This document shows, piece by piece, positions 13,009-25,300 of a DNA stretch of 64,000 nucleotides (positions within the stretch are counted from its first letter, which is position 1; every line of letters begins with the position of its first letter). Both the position numbers and the translations under genes were made by a program. Origin of the DNA: Escherichia coli (GTDB lineage Bacteria; Pseudomonadota; Gammaproteobacteria; Enterobacterales; Enterobacteriaceae); NCBI RefSeq assembly GCF_002854065.1, contig NZ_CP024147.1; one strand, written 5' to 3'. Below the pieces are notes generated by a model. It was given only the letters and a program-made list of their open reading frames with translations. It did not search any database and had not been told where the DNA came from.

Positions 13009-14490
13009 TCAATCAGGAACGCGTAATAACGTTTTCAGTTTTCCGCTCCGACAGAGCGGTTTTTTTAGTTCAAGCAACAGGCTGTGGCGTGACAGCATGA
13101 TCACCAGCGCAAAGCTGACTACCCCCGCCAGCACCTGCATCGCCAGCAGCGCCGAGAGCGAAACGCTGCCTTCCAGCAGTCGCCCCACCGCGTAGCTTGA
13201 AATCAACGTCGGCAGAGAGAGACGGAACGGCAGCCACAGGCTCAGCAGGTAATCGCGGTAGCCCGGCCCCAGCACCGGTTTGATCATCACGAAATAGCTG
13301 AGGATGGTGTTGATGATTTGCACCAGCAGGAAGCCCAGCGTGACGCCAATCGCGCCGCCGAGCTGCCCGCCGATAATCACCGCAGGAATAAACAGGAAGG
13401 TCTTAAAGACGTTGAATTTAAAGCTGATATCCACTCGCGCTTTAGCCATCAGCAGCGAACCGATTGGGTTGCCCACCGAGCGCAGCAGCCCCACCACGCA
13501 CAGCAACTGGAGGATTGGCACGATGTGCAGCCATTTGTCGCCGAACACCAGCGGCACAAAGTTATTGCTCACCACCATCAGCCCCAACAGCGCCGGGAAA
13601 TTGATGATCCCCACCACCGACAGCAGCTTGTAGAAGTTCACTCGCAGCTTGTCGGTGTCGTCCTGAATCTTGGCGAACGCCGGGAACAGCACGCGGGTGA
13701 TGATTGGGTTAAGCTTCATCGGCGGCACCACCGCCACGTTGTAGGCGAGGTTATAGCCCCCGGCCACGCTGGCGCCGAGGATGCGCGCGAGCGTCAGCGT
13801 CGACAGGTTAGTGTTGATGTAGTTAACAATACTGTCCGCCGTCAGCCACGCGCCGAAGCGCAGGTTCGGCATGACCGTGGTCAGCGAAAAATGCAGACCT
13901 GGACGGTAAATCTTGCGGCCAAAATAGCCGAACAGCAGCGTACGCACGGCGCTGTTGACCAGATAACCCAAAATTGCGGTCATCGCCAGCGGCCAGAAGC
14001 AGGCGCTAATCACCGTAAAGGTAAAGCCCGACAGCACCGCTGCGGTCTCAATGGAGCCGATTTTGTTAAACTCCAGCTCTTTTTGCATCAGCGCACGAAA
14101 TTGCTGGCCGTGGGGGATCACCACGAAGGCCAGCGACAGCGTTTTGATCAACGGCGCGAGATCCGGGTTGTGCAGCAACCGCGCAATGGTATCGCTCAGC
14201 AGATACACCGCGGCAAACACCGCAATCCCCAGCCCGACGTTCAGCCAGTAGAGCGTGGTCAGCTCAATCTGGCTGATGGCTTTACGCTGAATAATCGAGT
14301 TGGCGATACCAAAATCCGACAGCGTGTCCGCCAGCGCGATAATCACCAGCGACACGGTGAGCAGACCAAACTGATGGCCGTCAAACAGCCGCGCCAGCAC
14401 GGTCATCTGCGCCAGCCCCAGGCCAATAATCACCACCGTCGCCATCGCCGACCATTTCGCGCCATTGATGGTTTTTTCTCTCAGGCCCAT
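13009..14490 (-). CDS. wzxC: Colanic acid repeat-unit flippase WzxC
   Basis: 493 aa polytopic membrane protein; position between wcaJ and wcaK. Confidence 0.9.
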   Translation of the reverse strand: MGLREKTINGAKWSAMATVVIIGLGLAQMTVLARLFDGHQFGLLTVSLVIIALADTLSDFGIANSIIQRKAISQIELTTLYWLNVGLGIAVFAAVYLLSDTIARLLHNPDLAPLIKTLSLAFVVIPHGQQFRALMQKELEFNKIGSIETAAVLSGFTFTVISACFWPLAMTAILGYLVNSAVRTLLFGYFGRKIYRPGLHFSLTTVMPNLRFGAWLTADSIVNYINTNLSTLTLARILGASVAGGYNLAYNVAVVPPMKLNPIITRVLFPAFAKIQDDTDKLRVNFYKLLSVVGIINFPALLGLMVVSNNFVPLVFGDKWLHIVPILQLLCVVGLLRSVGNPIGSLLMAKARVDISFKFNVFKTFLFIPAVIIGGQLGGAIGVTLGFLLVQIINTILSYFVMIKPVLGPGYRDYLLSLWLPFRLSLPTLISSYAVGRLLEGSVSLSALLAMQVLAGVVSFALVIMLSRHSLLLELKKPLCRSGKLKTLLRVPD

Positions 14491-14499
14491 GTCACTTCC

Positions 14500-15894
14500 T
14501 CAGTAGGCTGCTTTGTTGACAAAGCCTTTGAATACCGTCAGGAAGACGATCTTGATATCGAGCCACAGGCTCCACTCGCGGATGTATTCGAGATCGAACT
14601 CCACCCGTTTTTCCATCTTCTCGAGGGTATCGGTTTCACCGCGCCAGCCGTTGATCTGCGCCCAGCCGGTAATACCAGGCTTCACTTTGTGGCGCAGCAT
14701 GTAGCCTTCAATCAGTTGACGGTACTGTTCGTTGTGCGCCACCGCGTGCGGACGCGGGCCGACGATAGACATGCCGCCGGTGAGCACGTTGATAAACTGC
14801 GGCAATTCATCCAGCGAGGTGCGGCGCAGGAAGTTGCCGACACGGGTCACACGCGGGTCGTTTTGCGTCGCCTGTTTCACCACCTTGTCGTTCTCCATGA
14901 CCTTCATCGAGCGGAATTTCCACACTTTGATCGGCTTACCATCCATACCGTAGCGGGTCTGGCGGAAGATGATGGGGCCCGGCGAACTCAGCTTCACCGC
15001 CAGCGCGATACAGCACAGCGCAGGCGAAATCAGCAGCAGAATGCCCAGCGCCAACACGATATCCTCCAGCCGTTTGATAATACGATTCACCCCGGAGAGC
15101 GGCGTGTCGTACAGCGGCACCAGCGGAATACCGTTCACCACCTCTACGCGTGAATGCAGGATGTTGAAGGTGAAAACATCCGGGATCAGCAGCACCGAGC
15201 AGGTGGTGTCGGCGAGAGAACGGACCACCTCTTTAATCTGGCTCTCTTCCTGCATCGCCATCGAGATGTAGACGTTGTGGATTTTGCCGCTGCGGGCATC
15301 GTCGAGTAGTTGTTCAAGATTGCCCATCCAGTCGGCGTTAACGCCGCCTGGTTTAGCATCGTAATAGCTGCCGACCACTTCATAGCCCAGCCACGGCTGG
15401 TTGCGGAAGCTTTCGAGCAGCGCCTGCCCTTCCGGCATGTCCCCGGCGACGGCCACATAGCGGGTGTTATAGCCGCGATGGCGCAGCATGCCAGCGCCGT
15501 AGCGAATGAACGCGCGGCTCGCCAGCATGCCGATGGTGCTAATCAGATACCACGCCAGCCACATGGTAAAGTTGGTATTAAAATCATCGTTAAACGCCAG
15601 CAGTCCGGCGGCAAACACCAGGCTCAGCGTCCAGTTCTGCAACAGCAGCAGCAATTCGGTGGTGATACGCACGCCGCGCCAGGAGCGGTAGAAATCGGTA
15701 ATCCCGCCAATCATCTGGAAAACGACCAGCGTCACCAGCGCCATCAACAGATGGAGATATAAAAACGGCAACGCAACCGCCTGACACACCAGCCACAATC
15801 CCCCCAACATGATGGTGATGTCGGAAAAACGCTGCACCATGGAGATTAACGATGCATTCGTTTTAGCTCGTTCGCGCTTTTTTAGAGTCGTCAT
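14500..15894 (-). CDS. wcaJ: UDP-glucose:undecaprenyl-phosphate glucose-1-phosphate transferase WcaJ
   Basis: Probable start MTTLKKRERAKTNASLISMVQRF; C-terminal sugar-transferase domain; the ORF track's 43-aa N-terminal extension (MPLTLTLSPERRG...) is translation of the intergenic palindromic repeat. Confidence 0.9.
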   Translation of the reverse strand: MTTLKKRERAKTNASLISMVQRFSDITIMLGGLWLVCQAVALPFLYLHLLMALVTLVVFQMIGGITDFYRSWRGVRITTELLLLLQNWTLSLVFAAGLLAFNDDFNTNFTMWLAWYLISTIGMLASRAFIRYGAGMLRHRGYNTRYVAVAGDMPEGQALLESFRNQPWLGYEVVGSYYDAKPGGVNADWMGNLEQLLDDARSGKIHNVYISMAMQEESQIKEVVRSLADTTCSVLLIPDVFTFNILHSRVEVVNGIPLVPLYDTPLSGVNRIIKRLEDIVLALGILLLISPALCCIALAVKLSSPGPIIFRQTRYGMDGKPIKVWKFRSMKVMENDKVVKQATQNDPRVTRVGNFLRRTSLDELPQFINVLTGGMSIVGPRPHAVAHNEQYRQLIEGYMLRHKVKPGITGWAQINGWRGETDTLEKMEKRVEFDLEYIREWSLWLDIKIVFLTVFKGFVNKAAY

Positions 15895-15920
15895 CGTTGG
15901 TCCTATTCGTCGTTTCCCTT

Positions 15921-16020
15921 CACCCCGCCTCTCTCCCCAAAGGGGCGAGGGAGAAAAACCAATCCGCAGCCTGCACGTTCGGTTCCCTCTCCTCTCTGGG
16001 GAGAGGGTTAGGGTGAGGGG
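15921..16020. repeat. ~100 bp nested palindromic REP/MITE-like element, copy A, in the manB-wcaJ intergenic region
   Basis: Outer arms CACCCC...GGGTGAGGGG enclosing two GC-rich hairpins (CCTCTCTCCCCAAAGGGGCGAGGGAG and CCCTCTCCTCTCTGGGGAGAGGG); its reverse complement matches the copy at 27857-27945. Confidence 0.75.
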
Positions 16021-16026
16021 CAATAA

Positions 16027-17397
16027 TTACTGATTAAGCAACGCCAGAATGTCCTGCGTTCGCGCCTGCATCAGCGGCGTATTTCCGCGAGACTCCACGT
16101 TTAAGCGCACCACCGGTTCGGTATTGGAAGAACGCAGGTTGAAGCGCCAGTCGGCAAACGCCAGGCTGATGCCGTCAGTACGGTCGATCTCCAGCGCGCT
16201 GCCGGCAAAGTGTGCTTCCACGCGGGCAATCGCTTCTGACGGTGCCGCCAGATGACTGTTGATTTCACCGCTCGCCGGGAACGCCGCCATGCGGTCGCGC
16301 ACCAGTTCACCCAACGTTTTGCCCTTCAGGCACAGCAGTTCGCTGACCAGCAGCCAGGGGATCATGCCGCTGTCGCAGTAGGCAAAATCACGGAAGTAGT
16401 GGTGAGCGCTCATTTCACCGCCGTAAACCGCGTCGTCCTGACGCATGCGCTCTTTAATAAAGGCATGACCAGTTTTCGACATCACTGGCGTGCCGCCCGC
16501 CGCCGTGACGACGTCCACGGTGTTCCACGACAGACGCGGGTCGTGAATGATGCGCGCGCCGGGGTTCTTTTCGAGGAAGGCTTCCGCCAGCAGGCCGACG
16601 ATGTAGTAGCCCTCGATAAACTGCCCTTTCTCGTCGAACAGGAAGCAGCGGTCGAAGTCGCCATCAAAAGCGATACCCATATCGGCACCGTATTTGATGA
16701 CCGCATCGCGGGTATCCGCGCGGCACTCCGGCAGCAGCGGGTTAGGAATACCGTGCGGGAAGGTTCCGTCCGGGGTGTTGTGCACTTTGATCAGGTTCAC
16801 CGGCACATTCAGCGCTTTGAAGCGGGCTTCCAGCGCGTCAATCACCGGGCCTGCCGCGCCGTTACCGGAGTTCACCACCAACTTCAGCGGCGTCAGGTTT
16901 TGCACGTTGATGTAGCCCAGCAGGTGGTCGATATAGGCGTCACGCAGGTTGATTTTCTGGTAGCTACCGCGCGCGGCCTCATTGACCGGCGGGAAGTCGT
17001 TGGCTTCCGCCAGGCGCTGTACGTCGCGCAGGCCGGTATCGCCGCTGATGGGGCGTGCGCCTTCCCGCACCAGCTTCATGCCGTTGTAATCCATCGGGTT
17101 ATGGCTGGCGGTCACTTCGATACCGCCATCAACGCCGAGATGGAAGGTGGCGAAGTAAATCTCTTCGGTGCCGGAAAGCCCGATATCGAGCACGTCAACG
17201 CCCGCGTCGCGCAGGCCATTGGCTAACGCCAGTTTCAGCGCCTCGCTGGTCAAGCGCACATCGCCGCCCAGCACGATAATTTTCGGCTTCAGATATTCAC
17301 CGTAAGCGCGGCCAATGCGCCACGCGATGTCTTCATTCAGCTCTTCACCGAGCTTGCCGCGGATGTCGTAGGCTTTAAAACAGGTTAATTTCGTCAT
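16027..17397 (-). CDS. manB: Phosphomannomutase
   Basis: Probable start [14 protein letters not shown]; phosphohexomutase active-site region TASHNP; position between manC and wcaJ (cpsG in K-12 nomenclature). Confidence 0.92.
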   Translation of the reverse strand: MTKLTCFKAYDIRGKLGEELNEDIAWRIGRAYGEYLKPKIIVLGGDVRLTSEALKLALANGLRDAGVDVLDIGLSGTEEIYFATFHLGVDGGIEVTASHNPMDYNGMKLVREGARPISGDTGLRDVQRLAEANDFPPVNEAARGSYQKINLRDAYIDHLLGYINVQNLTPLKLVVNSGNGAAGPVIDALEARFKALNVPVNLIKVHNTPDGTFPHGIPNPLLPECRADTRDAVIKYGADMGIAFDGDFDRCFLFDEKGQFIEGYYIVGLLAEAFLEKNPGARIIHDPRLSWNTVDVVTAAGGTPVMSKTGHAFIKERMRQDDAVYGGEMSAHHYFRDFAYCDSGMIPWLLVSELLCLKGKTLGELVRDRMAAFPASGEINSHLAAPSEAIARVEAHFAGSALEIDRTDGISLAFADWRFNLRSSNTEPVVRLNVESRGNTPLMQARTQDILALLNQ

Positions 17398-17465
17398 GTT
17401 TTTACCTTTCTTCAGGCAACAGTTCGCCCTGACCGTTATGGCCATCAATTTTGGTGTCGTGATTT

Positions 17466-17490
17466 GCCGGATGCGCCGCGCTTATCCGGC
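17466..17490. repeat. REP-like palindrome in the manC-manB intergenic region
   Basis: GCCGGATGCGCCGCGCTTATCCGGC, the classical enterobacterial REP stem GCCGGAT...ATCCGGC. Confidence 0.6.
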
Positions 17491-17500
17491 CAGCCGGGCG

Positions 17501-18937
17501 CTACACGCGCCCGTAACGATCCTGGAAACGCACCACGTCGTCCTCTTCCAGATAGGCGCCAGATCGCACCTCAATCAGGTCGAGCGGGATTTTCCCCGGG
17601 TTTTCCAGGCAGTGGGTGACGCCAAGGGGGATATAGATAGATTCGTTCTCACCCAGCAGCGTAATTTGGTCATTGAGAGTGACTTTGGCGGTGCCCGCCA
17701 CCACGATCCAGTGTTCCGCCCGGTGGTGATGCATCTGCAGCGACAGCCCTTCCCCCGGCTTCACGGTGATGCGCTTAACCTGATAGCGATCGCCGGAATC
17801 AATCGAGTCATACTTGCCCCACGGGCGGTAGACTTCCCGGTGGATGTGGTGTTCGTGGCGGCCGTCGGCCTTAATCTTCTCGACCACCTTTTTCACGTCC
17901 TGCACCGCGTTGCGATCGGCGATAAGCACCGCGTCTTTGGTTTGCACCACCACCAGGTCCTTTACCCCGACGGTCGTCACCAGGCCAGACTCTGCATAGA
18001 CATAGCTGTTTTCGGTTTTATGGCTGATGACATCGCCATGGTGCACGTTGCCTTCCGGCGTATGGTTGCTTATCTCCCACAGCGATGACCAGGAGCCGAC
18101 ATCGCTCCAGCCCGCGTCCATCGGCACCACTACCGCATCCGCGGTCTGCTCCATCACCGCATAATCGATGGATTCGTCCGGGCAGCTCAGGAACGCCGCT
18201 TCATCGACGCGGATAAAGTCGAGATCCGGGTCGGTGACGTCCATCGCTTTTTCGCAGGCGCGAAGAATATCCGGGCGATATTTGCCCAGCTCTTCCAGAT
18301 AGCGCCCGGCGCGGAACAGGAACATGCCGCTGTTCCAGTAATATTCACCGCTGGCGACATAGGCCTGTGCGGTATCGAGATTGGGTTTTTCGACAAACTG
18401 CGCGACGTCGAAGGCCAGCGTGTCGTCGGTACCCGGCGTGACATCACCACGGCGAATATAGCCGTAGCCGGTTTCCGGCACGTTCGGCACGATACCGAAG
18501 GTCACCAGCTTGCCATTTTCAGCATACGGCGTGGCATGACGAACCGCCGCGCGGAAGGCCTCTTCGTCCTGAATCACATGGTCCGCCGCCAGCACCAGCA
18601 TCAGCGGGTCGCAGTCCGGTTCGCGACGCTTAGCCGCCAGCGCCGCCAGGGCGATGGCTGGCGCCGTGTTGCGCCCTGCCGGTTCCAGAATAATGTTTTC
18701 GGTCAGCTTGTTGAGTTGACGCAGCTGTTCCGCCACGATAAAGCGGTGTTGCTCATTGCAGATCACCACCGGGCTGGCGCACTTCACGCCGTCCAGCCGG
18801 TTCACCGTGGCCTGCAGCATGGTCATGTCCCCTTTCAGGCACAGGAACTGTTTGGGGTACAGCACTCTGGACAGCGGCCACAGTCGGCTACCCGAGCCAC
18901 CGGCCATCACGACCGGGAAAAGCGTAGTTTGACTCAT
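17501..18937 (-). CDS. manC: Mannose-1-phosphate guanylyltransferase
   Basis: 478 aa; N-terminal [14 protein letters not shown] nucleotidyltransferase motif and C-terminal cupin domain (cpsB in K-12 nomenclature). Confidence 0.93.
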   Translation of the reverse strand: MSQTTLFPVVMAGGSGSRLWPLSRVLYPKQFLCLKGDMTMLQATVNRLDGVKCASPVVICNEQHRFIVAEQLRQLNKLTENIILEPAGRNTAPAIALAALAAKRREPDCDPLMLVLAADHVIQDEEAFRAAVRHATPYAENGKLVTFGIVPNVPETGYGYIRRGDVTPGTDDTLAFDVAQFVEKPNLDTAQAYVASGEYYWNSGMFLFRAGRYLEELGKYRPDILRACEKAMDVTDPDLDFIRVDEAAFLSCPDESIDYAVMEQTADAVVVPMDAGWSDVGSWSSLWEISNHTPEGNVHHGDVISHKTENSYVYAESGLVTTVGVKDLVVVQTKDAVLIADRNAVQDVKKVVEKIKADGRHEHHIHREVYRPWGKYDSIDSGDRYQVKRITVKPGEGLSLQMHHHRAEHWIVVAGTAKVTLNDQITLLGENESIYIPLGVTHCLENPGKIPLDLIEVRSGAYLEEDDVVRFQDRYGRV

Positions 18938-18940
18938 CGT

Positions 18941-20164
18941 TTAACCCCGAATATCAGCAATAAATTGGTTGAGAACGTGTTCTTTATCGAGCGAACGTTC
19001 GGCCCAGGCGCGGGCGACCGCATTTCGCTTCGGCATCTTCAGCGCCTGCTCAATCCCTTCCACCAGCGACGGAACCGATTCAGGCGTCACGCACACCGCA
19101 ATGCCCGGATTGTCCAGACATAGCTGGCCCAGCTCGGTCTGCAGTTCAGCGGTAATCACCGCGTTGCCGCCCACCGCCAGAATATTGGTCAGCTTGGAAG
19201 GCAACACCGCATCCGCGGCGCCACGCTTCTGAATCACCAGATGGCAGTCGCCAATCGCCAGCAGCGCGGGTAAATCTTCGTACGACTGCAGCGGCAGGAA
19301 CTTGACGTTATCCAGCCCGCGTTCGGCGACCATTTTTTCCAGCCGCGCTTTACCGCCGCCCTGACCGACAATGGCAAACAGCCACGGCTGTTCACGTAGC
19401 TGTTCGGCGGCAGTAATCACGCTCTCCAGCCCCTGTTTCTCACCGATATTGCCGGAGTAGAGAATAATTTTGCGTTCATCCGGCAGGCCAAGACGCTGAC
19501 GCAGCGCCATCACCAGCGTTTCCGGCACCTCGCGAAAACGGGAAACTTCCGACCAGTTGGGGAAGAAAATCACCTTCTCCGGCGCAACGCCCTTCTCGCA
19601 GGCTTTGTTCATCATTGAGCGCGAGATGGTCGATACGTTGTCAACGTTGTGCAGCCCGCTACGCTCAAAGGCGCTGGCAAGTTTTGCCACCTTGCCGGCG
19701 CGACCGTTGCCTGCCATGCCCAACCCCAGCATGGCGTCGACTTCATAATCCTGAATATGCAGCAGCGTCCGCGCGCCGGAGAGCTTCGCCAGCAGGCGCA
19801 TACCGGGGGTGCAGAACAGCGTCGGCACTACGCCGATAATGCGATCCGGCTTCCAGCGGCGTTGGGCCATCAGCGGGAAGAAACTGCTGAGCGCAAAGCT
19901 GCCGAGATGGATCAAACGCTTCAGCGTCGACAGCTGCTTTGGCACATACAGCGGGCAGCGCCAGACGGTGGCATCGCCGTTTTCCCGGCGGTAACGCCAG
20001 CTTGAGTATTTCGCGCCAACCTGCCATTCCGGATAGTACGGCGGCGCGGTAATCACTCGCACCTCGTGACCCTGCTGCACCATCCACTCGACCATTTCGC
20101 CGGTGTATTTGCCGATGCCGGTGAGTTCAGGCGAATAGTTGATGCCATACACCAGAATCTTCAT
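18941..20164 (-). CDS. wcaI: Colanic acid glycosyltransferase WcaI
   Basis: 407 aa GT4-type protein; position between gmm and manC. Confidence 0.88.
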   Translation of the reverse strand: MKILVYGINYSPELTGIGKYTGEMVEWMVQQGHEVRVITAPPYYPEWQVGAKYSSWRYRRENGDATVWRCPLYVPKQLSTLKRLIHLGSFALSSFFPLMAQRRWKPDRIIGVVPTLFCTPGMRLLAKLSGARTLLHIQDYEVDAMLGLGMAGNGRAGKVAKLASAFERSGLHNVDNVSTISRSMMNKACEKGVAPEKVIFFPNWSEVSRFREVPETLVMALRQRLGLPDERKIILYSGNIGEKQGLESVITAAEQLREQPWLFAIVGQGGGKARLEKMVAERGLDNVKFLPLQSYEDLPALLAIGDCHLVIQKRGAADAVLPSKLTNILAVGGNAVITAELQTELGQLCLDNPGIAVCVTPESVPSLVEGIEQALKMPKRNAVARAWAERSLDKEHVLNQFIADIRG

Positions 20165-20640
20165 AGGCCCTGCACCTCGGCCAATTTGTCGACCCGGAAA
20201 TAGGCGCGGCTGTTTTCATGAACGTTGTCCGACGCCAGTAACGCAGGCGGTGTCAGCCAACGGTACTCATTATGCTGATCGTCCGGCAGCGTTAAGGTCC
20301 CGGCGTCCACCTGCAGGCGGAAACCAAGCACAATGTAATGGGTCGAAAAATCCGTACCGCAGAAATTCTCGTCATAGAAATGCTGCCAGACTCCGTAAAA
20401 GCGGCCTGCCGTCATCGGCAGGCTCAGCCCCAGTTCGGCCTCGGTCAGGCGGGCAAACGCCTGTTCCAGCGTTTCATCTTTCTGTACCCGCCCGCCCGGC
20501 ACAAACCAGTACCCCTGCGCCGGACGATTGTTGCGCTTACCCAGCAAAAACTCGCCCTGCGCGTTCTCGACGATCAAATCGATGGAGATCAGCGGCGTAG
20601 ACTGCACCACGGTGGCAAACGCTTCCTGGCTCAGAAACAT
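20161..20640 (-). CDS. gmm: GDP-mannose mannosyl hydrolase (NUDIX)
   Basis: 159 aa; position directly downstream of fcl (wcaH). Confidence 0.88.
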   Translation of the reverse strand: MFLSQEAFATVVQSTPLISIDLIVENAQGEFLLGKRNNRPAQGYWFVPGGRVQKDETLEQAFARLTEAELGLSLPMTAGRFYGVWQHFYDENFCGTDFSTHYIVLGFRLQVDAGTLTLPDDQHNEYRWLTPPALLASDNVHENSRAYFRVDKLAEVQGL

Positions 20641-20643
20641 GCG

Positions 20644-21609
20644 TTACCCCCGGAAGCGGTGCTGGCTTTCCAGAAACCACTGGTAAGTGCTGGCAAGACC
20701 AGCCTCCAGCGAGATTTCGTGGTACCAGCCCAGTTGATGCAGGCGAGAAACATCGAGCAGCTTGCGCGGCGTGCCGTCGGGTTTGGTGGCATCAAACACC
20801 ACCCGCCCTTTAAAGCCCACCACTTTCACCATCGTCTGCGCCAGTTCACGAATGGTGCAGTCAACGCCGGTGCCAACGTTAATATGCGACAGCATAGGCT
20901 GCGTGTTTTCGAGCCAGACGCCGCGATCCAGCTCCATCACATGGATACTGGCAGCCGCCATATCGTCCACATGCAGGAACTCGCGCATCGGCGTGCCGCT
21001 CCCCCACACCACCACGTCCGCGGCGTTTTGCTGTACCGCTTCATGGAAGCGGCGCATCAGCGCCGGAATAACGTGCGAATTGCTCGGGTGGAAGTTATCG
21101 TTCGGCCCGTACAGGTTGGTCGGCATCACCGAGCGATAGTCGCGATTATGCTGGCGGTTGTAGGACTCGCACAGCTTGATACCGGCAATTTTCGCAATCG
21201 CGTACGGTTCGTTAGTCGCTTCCAGCGTGCCCTGCAGCAGCTCGCTTTCGTGCATTGGCTGGTTAGCCATTTTCGGATAGATGCACGATGAACCGAGAAA
21301 CAGCAGCTTATTCACGTTGTGCGTATGCGCCGCGTGAATAATGTTGCTTTCAATCATCATGTTCTCGTAGATGAAATCCGCCGGGAAGGTGTTGTTGGCC
21401 ACAATGCCGCCCACCTTTGCCGCCGCCAGATACACCTGATCAATATTTTCAGCGGCGAAGAAGTCGTTCACTTCGCGGCTATCCAGCAGGTTGAGCTCAT
21501 CGCGGCCGCGAACCACCAGATCCACGTCGCCGCGTTGTGCAAGCTGTCGGACGATGGCCGAGCCCACCATTCCCCGGTGGCCCGCCACAAAAATACGTTG
21601 TCTGGTCAT
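20644..21609 (-). CDS. fcl: GDP-L-fucose synthase (GDP-4-keto-6-deoxymannose 3,5-epimerase/4-reductase)
   Basis: 321 aa; N-terminal [18 protein letters not shown]ossmann motif; immediately downstream of gmd. Confidence 0.93.
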   Translation of the reverse strand: MTRQRIFVAGHRGMVGSAIVRQLAQRGDVDLVVRGRDELNLLDSREVNDFFAAENIDQVYLAAAKVGGIVANNTFPADFIYENMMIESNIIHAAHTHNVNKLLFLGSSCIYPKMANQPMHESELLQGTLEATNEPYAIAKIAGIKLCESYNRQHNRDYRSVMPTNLYGPNDNFHPSNSHVIPALMRRFHEAVQQNAADVVVWGSGTPMREFLHVDDMAAASIHVMELDRGVWLENTQPMLSHINVGTGVDCTIRELAQTMVKVVGFKGRVVFDATKPDGTPRKLLDVSRLHQLGWYHEISLEAGLASTYQWFLESQHRFRG

Positions 21610-21611
21610 AC

Positions 21612-22733
21612 TTAAGACTCCAGCGCGATCGCCACTTCATAACCGTGGGATTTCAGCAGGGAATGTTTCTTCGCTGCTTCCAGGTCTTTGGCGACCATTT
21701 CAGATACCATCTCCTGCAGGGTGGTTTCCGGTTTCCAGCCGAGTTTTTCATGCGCTTTGGTCGGGTCGCCGAGCAGGGTTTCAACTTCTGCCGGACGGAA
21801 GTAGCGCGGATCCACGGCCACCATCACATCGCCCGGTTTCACGCCCGGCGCATCGTGACCGGTGACGGAAACGACAATCCCTTTTTCTTCCACGCCTTTA
21901 CCTTCAAAGCGCAGTTTAATACCCAGCTGTGCCGCCGCCATTTCGACGAACTGGCGAACCGAATACTGCACGCCGGTGGCGATAACGAAATCTTCCGGAT
22001 GGTCCTGTTGCAGCATCATCCACTGCATTTTCACGTAGTCTTTGGCGTGGCCCCAGTCGCGCAGAGAATCCATGTTGCCGAGGTACAGGCACTTCTCCAG
22101 GCCCTGAGCGATGTTAGCGATCGCACGGGTGATTTTACGCGTCACAAAGGTTTCGCCGCGGCGCGGAGACTCGTGGTTGAACAGGATGCCGTTACAGGCG
22201 TACATGTCGTAAGATTCACGGTAGTTGACGGTGATCCAGTAGGCATACAGTTTGGCGACCGCATACGGCGAGCGCGGATAGAACGGAGTGGTCTCTTTTT
22301 GTGGAATTTCCTGCACCAGGCCGTACAGTTCCGAAGTGGAAGCCTGATAGAAACGCGTTTTCTTCTCCAGCCCTAGGAAGCGGATGGCTTCCAGCAGACG
22401 CAGCGTGCCCATCGCATCCACGTCGGCGGTATATTCCGGCGACTCAAACGACACGGCAACGTGGCTCATTGCGCCGAGGTTATACACTTCATCCGGCTGC
22501 ACTTCCTGCAGAATGCGCGTCAGGTTGGAGCTGTCGGTCAAATCACCGTAGTGCAGGTGAAATTTCGGGTTGCTGCTGTGCGGATCCTGATAGATGTGAT
22601 CGACACGTTCGGTGTTAAAGGAAGAAGCACGGCGTTTAATCCCGTGAACTTCATAGCCTTTTTCCAGCAGCAGTTCTGCCAGATAAGAACCGTCCTGCCC
22701 CGTTACGCCGGTAATAAGTGCGACTTTTGACAT
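21612..22733 (-). CDS. gmd: GDP-mannose 4,6-dehydratase
   Basis: 373 aa; [20 protein letters not shown]-terminus characteristic of Gmd. Confidence 0.95.
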   Translation of the reverse strand: MSKVALITGVTGQDGSYLAELLLEKGYEVHGIKRRASSFNTERVDHIYQDPHSSNPKFHLHYGDLTDSSNLTRILQEVQPDEVYNLGAMSHVAVSFESPEYTADVDAMGTLRLLEAIRFLGLEKKTRFYQASTSELYGLVQEIPQKETTPFYPRSPYAVAKLYAYWITVNYRESYDMYACNGILFNHESPRRGETFVTRKITRAIANIAQGLEKCLYLGNMDSLRDWGHAKDYVKMQWMMLQQDHPEDFVIATGVQYSVRQFVEMAAAQLGIKLRFEGKGVEEKGIVVSVTGHDAPGVKPGDVMVAVDPRYFRPAEVETLLGDPTKAHEKLGWKPETTLQEMVSEMVAKDLEAAKKHSLLKSHGYEVAIALES

Positions 22734-22757
22734 TCTATTTTCCTCAAATTGTCCCGT

Positions 22758-23312
22758 TTAGGGAGTCACTTTCTCTACGCGCTCACGCGTAACCACTGCG
22801 GGATTGCCACGGCAAATCATATTTGCCGGTAGCGATTTAAAAACGCTGCTGCGGGCACCGACGATTGTGCCCTCGCCAATCGTGACGCCGGGGGCAACAA
22901 AAACATCTGTCGCCAGCCAGCATTTCTCACCAACCACAATCGGCGCAGCGTTAATATCGAAATGCGCGCTCTGATAATCGTGGCTGCCGGTGCACAAATA
23001 GCATTTCTGCGAAACCACCGAATTTGCCCCAAGGGTTATTTCACCCAAGGTATATAACACTGCCTCATCGCCCACCCAGGCATAATCTCCAATGGTTAAT
23101 TTCCATGGGTAAGTGATTTTTACCGACGGGCGAATGACTACGTTTTTTCCTATTTTTGCGCCAAACAGACGTAATAAAAATGCGCGCCAGCGATACAATA
23201 TCTGTGGAGACCAGGCAAATAATGTGGCCTGAACCGCCCACCATATTTGTACTTTTATGCCCCCGGCGCCGCGAAAACCTTTTGGTACCGAAAAGCCCGA
23301 TAATTCCTGCAT
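22758..23312 (-). CDS. wcaF: Colanic acid acetyltransferase WcaF (hexapeptide-repeat)
   Basis: 184 aa with left-handed beta-helix hexapeptide repeats; position between wcaE and gmd. Confidence 0.85.
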   Translation of the reverse strand: MQELSGFSVPKGFRGAGGIKVQIWWAVQATLFAWSPQILYRWRAFLLRLFGAKIGKNVVIRPSVKITYPWKLTIGDYAWVGDEAVLYTLGEITLGANSVVSQKCYLCTGSHDYQSAHFDINAAPIVVGEKCWLATDVFVAPGVTIGEGTIVGARSSVFKSLPANMICRGNPAVVTRERVEKVTP

Positions 23313-23321
23313 TTGGTATCC

Positions 23322-24068
23322 TTATGCTTTGTGATATAAGGCTTTTGCTTTCCCCGTTGTGCGCAGACGTAATAAATAAGATAATTCTGCAAGCAGGCCC
23401 GGCATACGTAATATTTCACGCTGCACTTTTTTTGCATCCTGGCACAACTGTAGATTATTTGTGGTGGACACGCCGCCCATCGAAAATTCCGACACCAAGC
23501 CTTTAATACGTTTAAAGGCATATCCCGACTTATACATCCGCGCCGCCAGCGCATAATCAGAAGAGACACGATACTGCACATCATAAGGATGATTTTTCAG
23601 CCCACGCAGCGGGAAGAAAATAGCCTGATGGCTAGCCGGTAGGCTGTGATAAATATACCAACCCTGCTTAGCGCTACGGCGAATCTGGGTGCCGTCGCCA
23701 AAGTCCAGCATCGCATCGCCAAGGTACATGGCATCATCGCTTTTACCGCGCAGCTGACGGACGAACTGCGACACATCCGGATGAAAGCTGTCGCCGGAAT
23801 TCAGAAACAGCACAAACTTGCCCTGCGCCATGCGGATGCCTTTGTTCATCGCATCGTAAAGCCCTTTATCCGGTTCGCTGACGTAGCGTAAGTGGTACTG
23901 GCCGTTACGTTTTTCGAGGAACTCTGCGGTGCCATCGTTAGAACCGCCATCCACCACAATCCACTCGAAAGTGAGGCTGGGATCGTTTGCCAGATGGGCC
24001 AGAGAACGCCAGGTTTTCACCACGCCATCAACGTTACGAAACGCGACGGTAACCACGCTTAACAACAT
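23322..24068 (-). CDS. wcaE: Colanic acid glycosyltransferase WcaE (GT2)
   Basis: 248 aa; N-terminal GT2 motif VVTVAFRN...VVDGGS. Confidence 0.85.
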   Translation of the reverse strand: MLLSVVTVAFRNVDGVVKTWRSLAHLANDPSLTFEWIVVDGGSNDGTAEFLEKRNGQYHLRYVSEPDKGLYDAMNKGIRMAQGKFVLFLNSGDSFHPDVSQFVRQLRGKSDDAMYLGDAMLDFGDGTQIRRSAKQGWYIYHSLPASHQAIFFPLRGLKNHPYDVQYRVSSDYALAARMYKSGYAFKRIKGLVSEFSMGGVSTTNNLQLCQDAKKVQREILRMPGLLAELSYLLRLRTTGKAKALYHKA

Positions 24069-24076
24069 GCTTCACC

Positions 24077-25300
24077 TCATCTGCTGTCAGCAATATTCAG
24101 CGCTTTACGCAGAATAAAAGGACAAACAATTAAAAATGCATATTCCGGACTAAATATCGAACCGGTAAAAAATAATGATATCGGCGTGAAAAGATACAGC
24201 TGCACGGCGAAATTACGATTATTCCCAAAAGCGTTAATGAACATTTTAAATACGTAGTACAGATACCCAGCCGTTAATATCACAGCGAACCACGAAAAAT
24301 AAATCATTAACAGATACAGACCATTGTCTATGGTTTTACCGACATCCGCACCGTTAAATATTCCGAATGATGCAACATATTCGTAAAGAGAACCAAAACG
24401 CACGACCCCATCAATGCTGGTTAATGAATAACCGACCATCACCAATGGACCAATTATACGGTAATACGATGACGATCCTTCCGTTCCTAAATCACCAATA
24501 CGCTCGGCAATATAGGGGAATGCAAACACCAGACCGATAAAAAATGCGCCTAATGAGATAATCGCCAACGGTAACTTTTTCTTGATCGCTTCTTTGTTCA
24601 GGTACTGGAAAGCCCACTCCAGCAGATAGAACAGGATAAATGTCATAACCCCAGAAAACGATCCAGAAAGAATTATCCCTGCCAGAATCATAGCATCAGA
24701 CTTCGGGGTTTTGATACCAAACTGTTTGATGCAAAGCCAAATTGAGATTAATGCCAGAGCAAAAAATGCCGGTTCGAAATATAACGCAGTGGTGCGCTTT
24801 CCACCGAATTTGATAAAATTCAGCACATAGCTATTACTGTAAATAAGATATTTCGAAATCGTCGCTATCAAACTGCTGCCGCCGGTGAGAATAATCTGCG
24901 CCATCTCCAGCGCCGCCAGCGCCACCACCAGGGTAATCACCACATAGAAAAAACGCAGGATCTTACGGTGGTTATGCGGTGAAATGGTTTTGAAGCGAAT
25001 GCTCCAGACCATGCCGATAATGATCACGATATAGACAAACAGCATCGTCGAGGTGACATATTTGCTGGGGTCCAGCGATTGTCCAAACAGATAGTTGAAC
25101 AACGTCAATCCTACGCCCAGTCCGAGGGCAATCATCAGTTTTTTCAGATTAATGCGTTCAACAAACAACAGCAGCAACAGCGGAAGGAACGTCACAATGG
25201 TAATGGGGAAGCTCTCCCCCAGCTGCGCCAGCTTCACGTTAACCAACAGGTAGATTAACGGCAGCAGCAGATAGCTACAGACTCTGATAGAACGAGACAT
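24077..25300 (-). CDS. wcaD: Colanic acid polymerase WcaD (Wzy-type)
   Basis: Probable start MSRSIRVCSYLLLPLIYLLVNV; polytopic membrane protein; ORF track start at 25507 is an over-extension into wcaC. Confidence 0.88.
   Translation of the reverse strand: MSRSIRVCSYLLLPLIYLLVNVKLAQLGESFPITIVTFLPLLLLLFVERINLKKLMIALGLGVGLTLFNYLFGQSLDPSKYVTSTMLFVYIVIIIGMVWSIRFKTISPHNHRKILRFFYVVITLVVALAALEMAQIILTGGSSLIATISKYLIYSNSYVLNFIKFGGKRTTALYFEPAFFALALISIWLCIKQFGIKTPKSDAMILAGIILSGSFSGVMTFILFYLLEWAFQYLNKEAIKKKLPLAIISLGAFFIGLVFAFPYIAERIGDLGTEGSSSYYRIIGPLVMVGYSLTSIDGVVRFGSLYEYVASFGIFNGADVGKTIDNGLYLLMIYFSWFAVILTAGYLYYVFKMFINAFGNNRNFAVQLYLFTPISLFFTGSIFSPEYAFLIVCPFILRKALNIADSR

Noticed and set aside
13318-15153. 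611-aa plus-strand ORF (Arg/His/Gln-rich) across wzxC and wcaJ
   Set aside because: Antisense to two well-supported, conserved minus-strand genes; the composition is the typical artefact of reading GC-rich coding DNA on the opposite strand; no domain signature or ribosome-binding site.
15895-16023. N-terminal extension of the wcaJ ORF (MPLTLTLSPERRGNRTCRLRIGFSPSPLWGERRGEGK...)
   Set aside because: This is translation of the palindromic intergenic repeat, not protein; the conserved WcaJ N-terminus begins at the internal Met (15894). Similar over-extensions were trimmed for wcaD, wcaA, wcaK, manB, udk, mdtA, yegP, yegR and galF.
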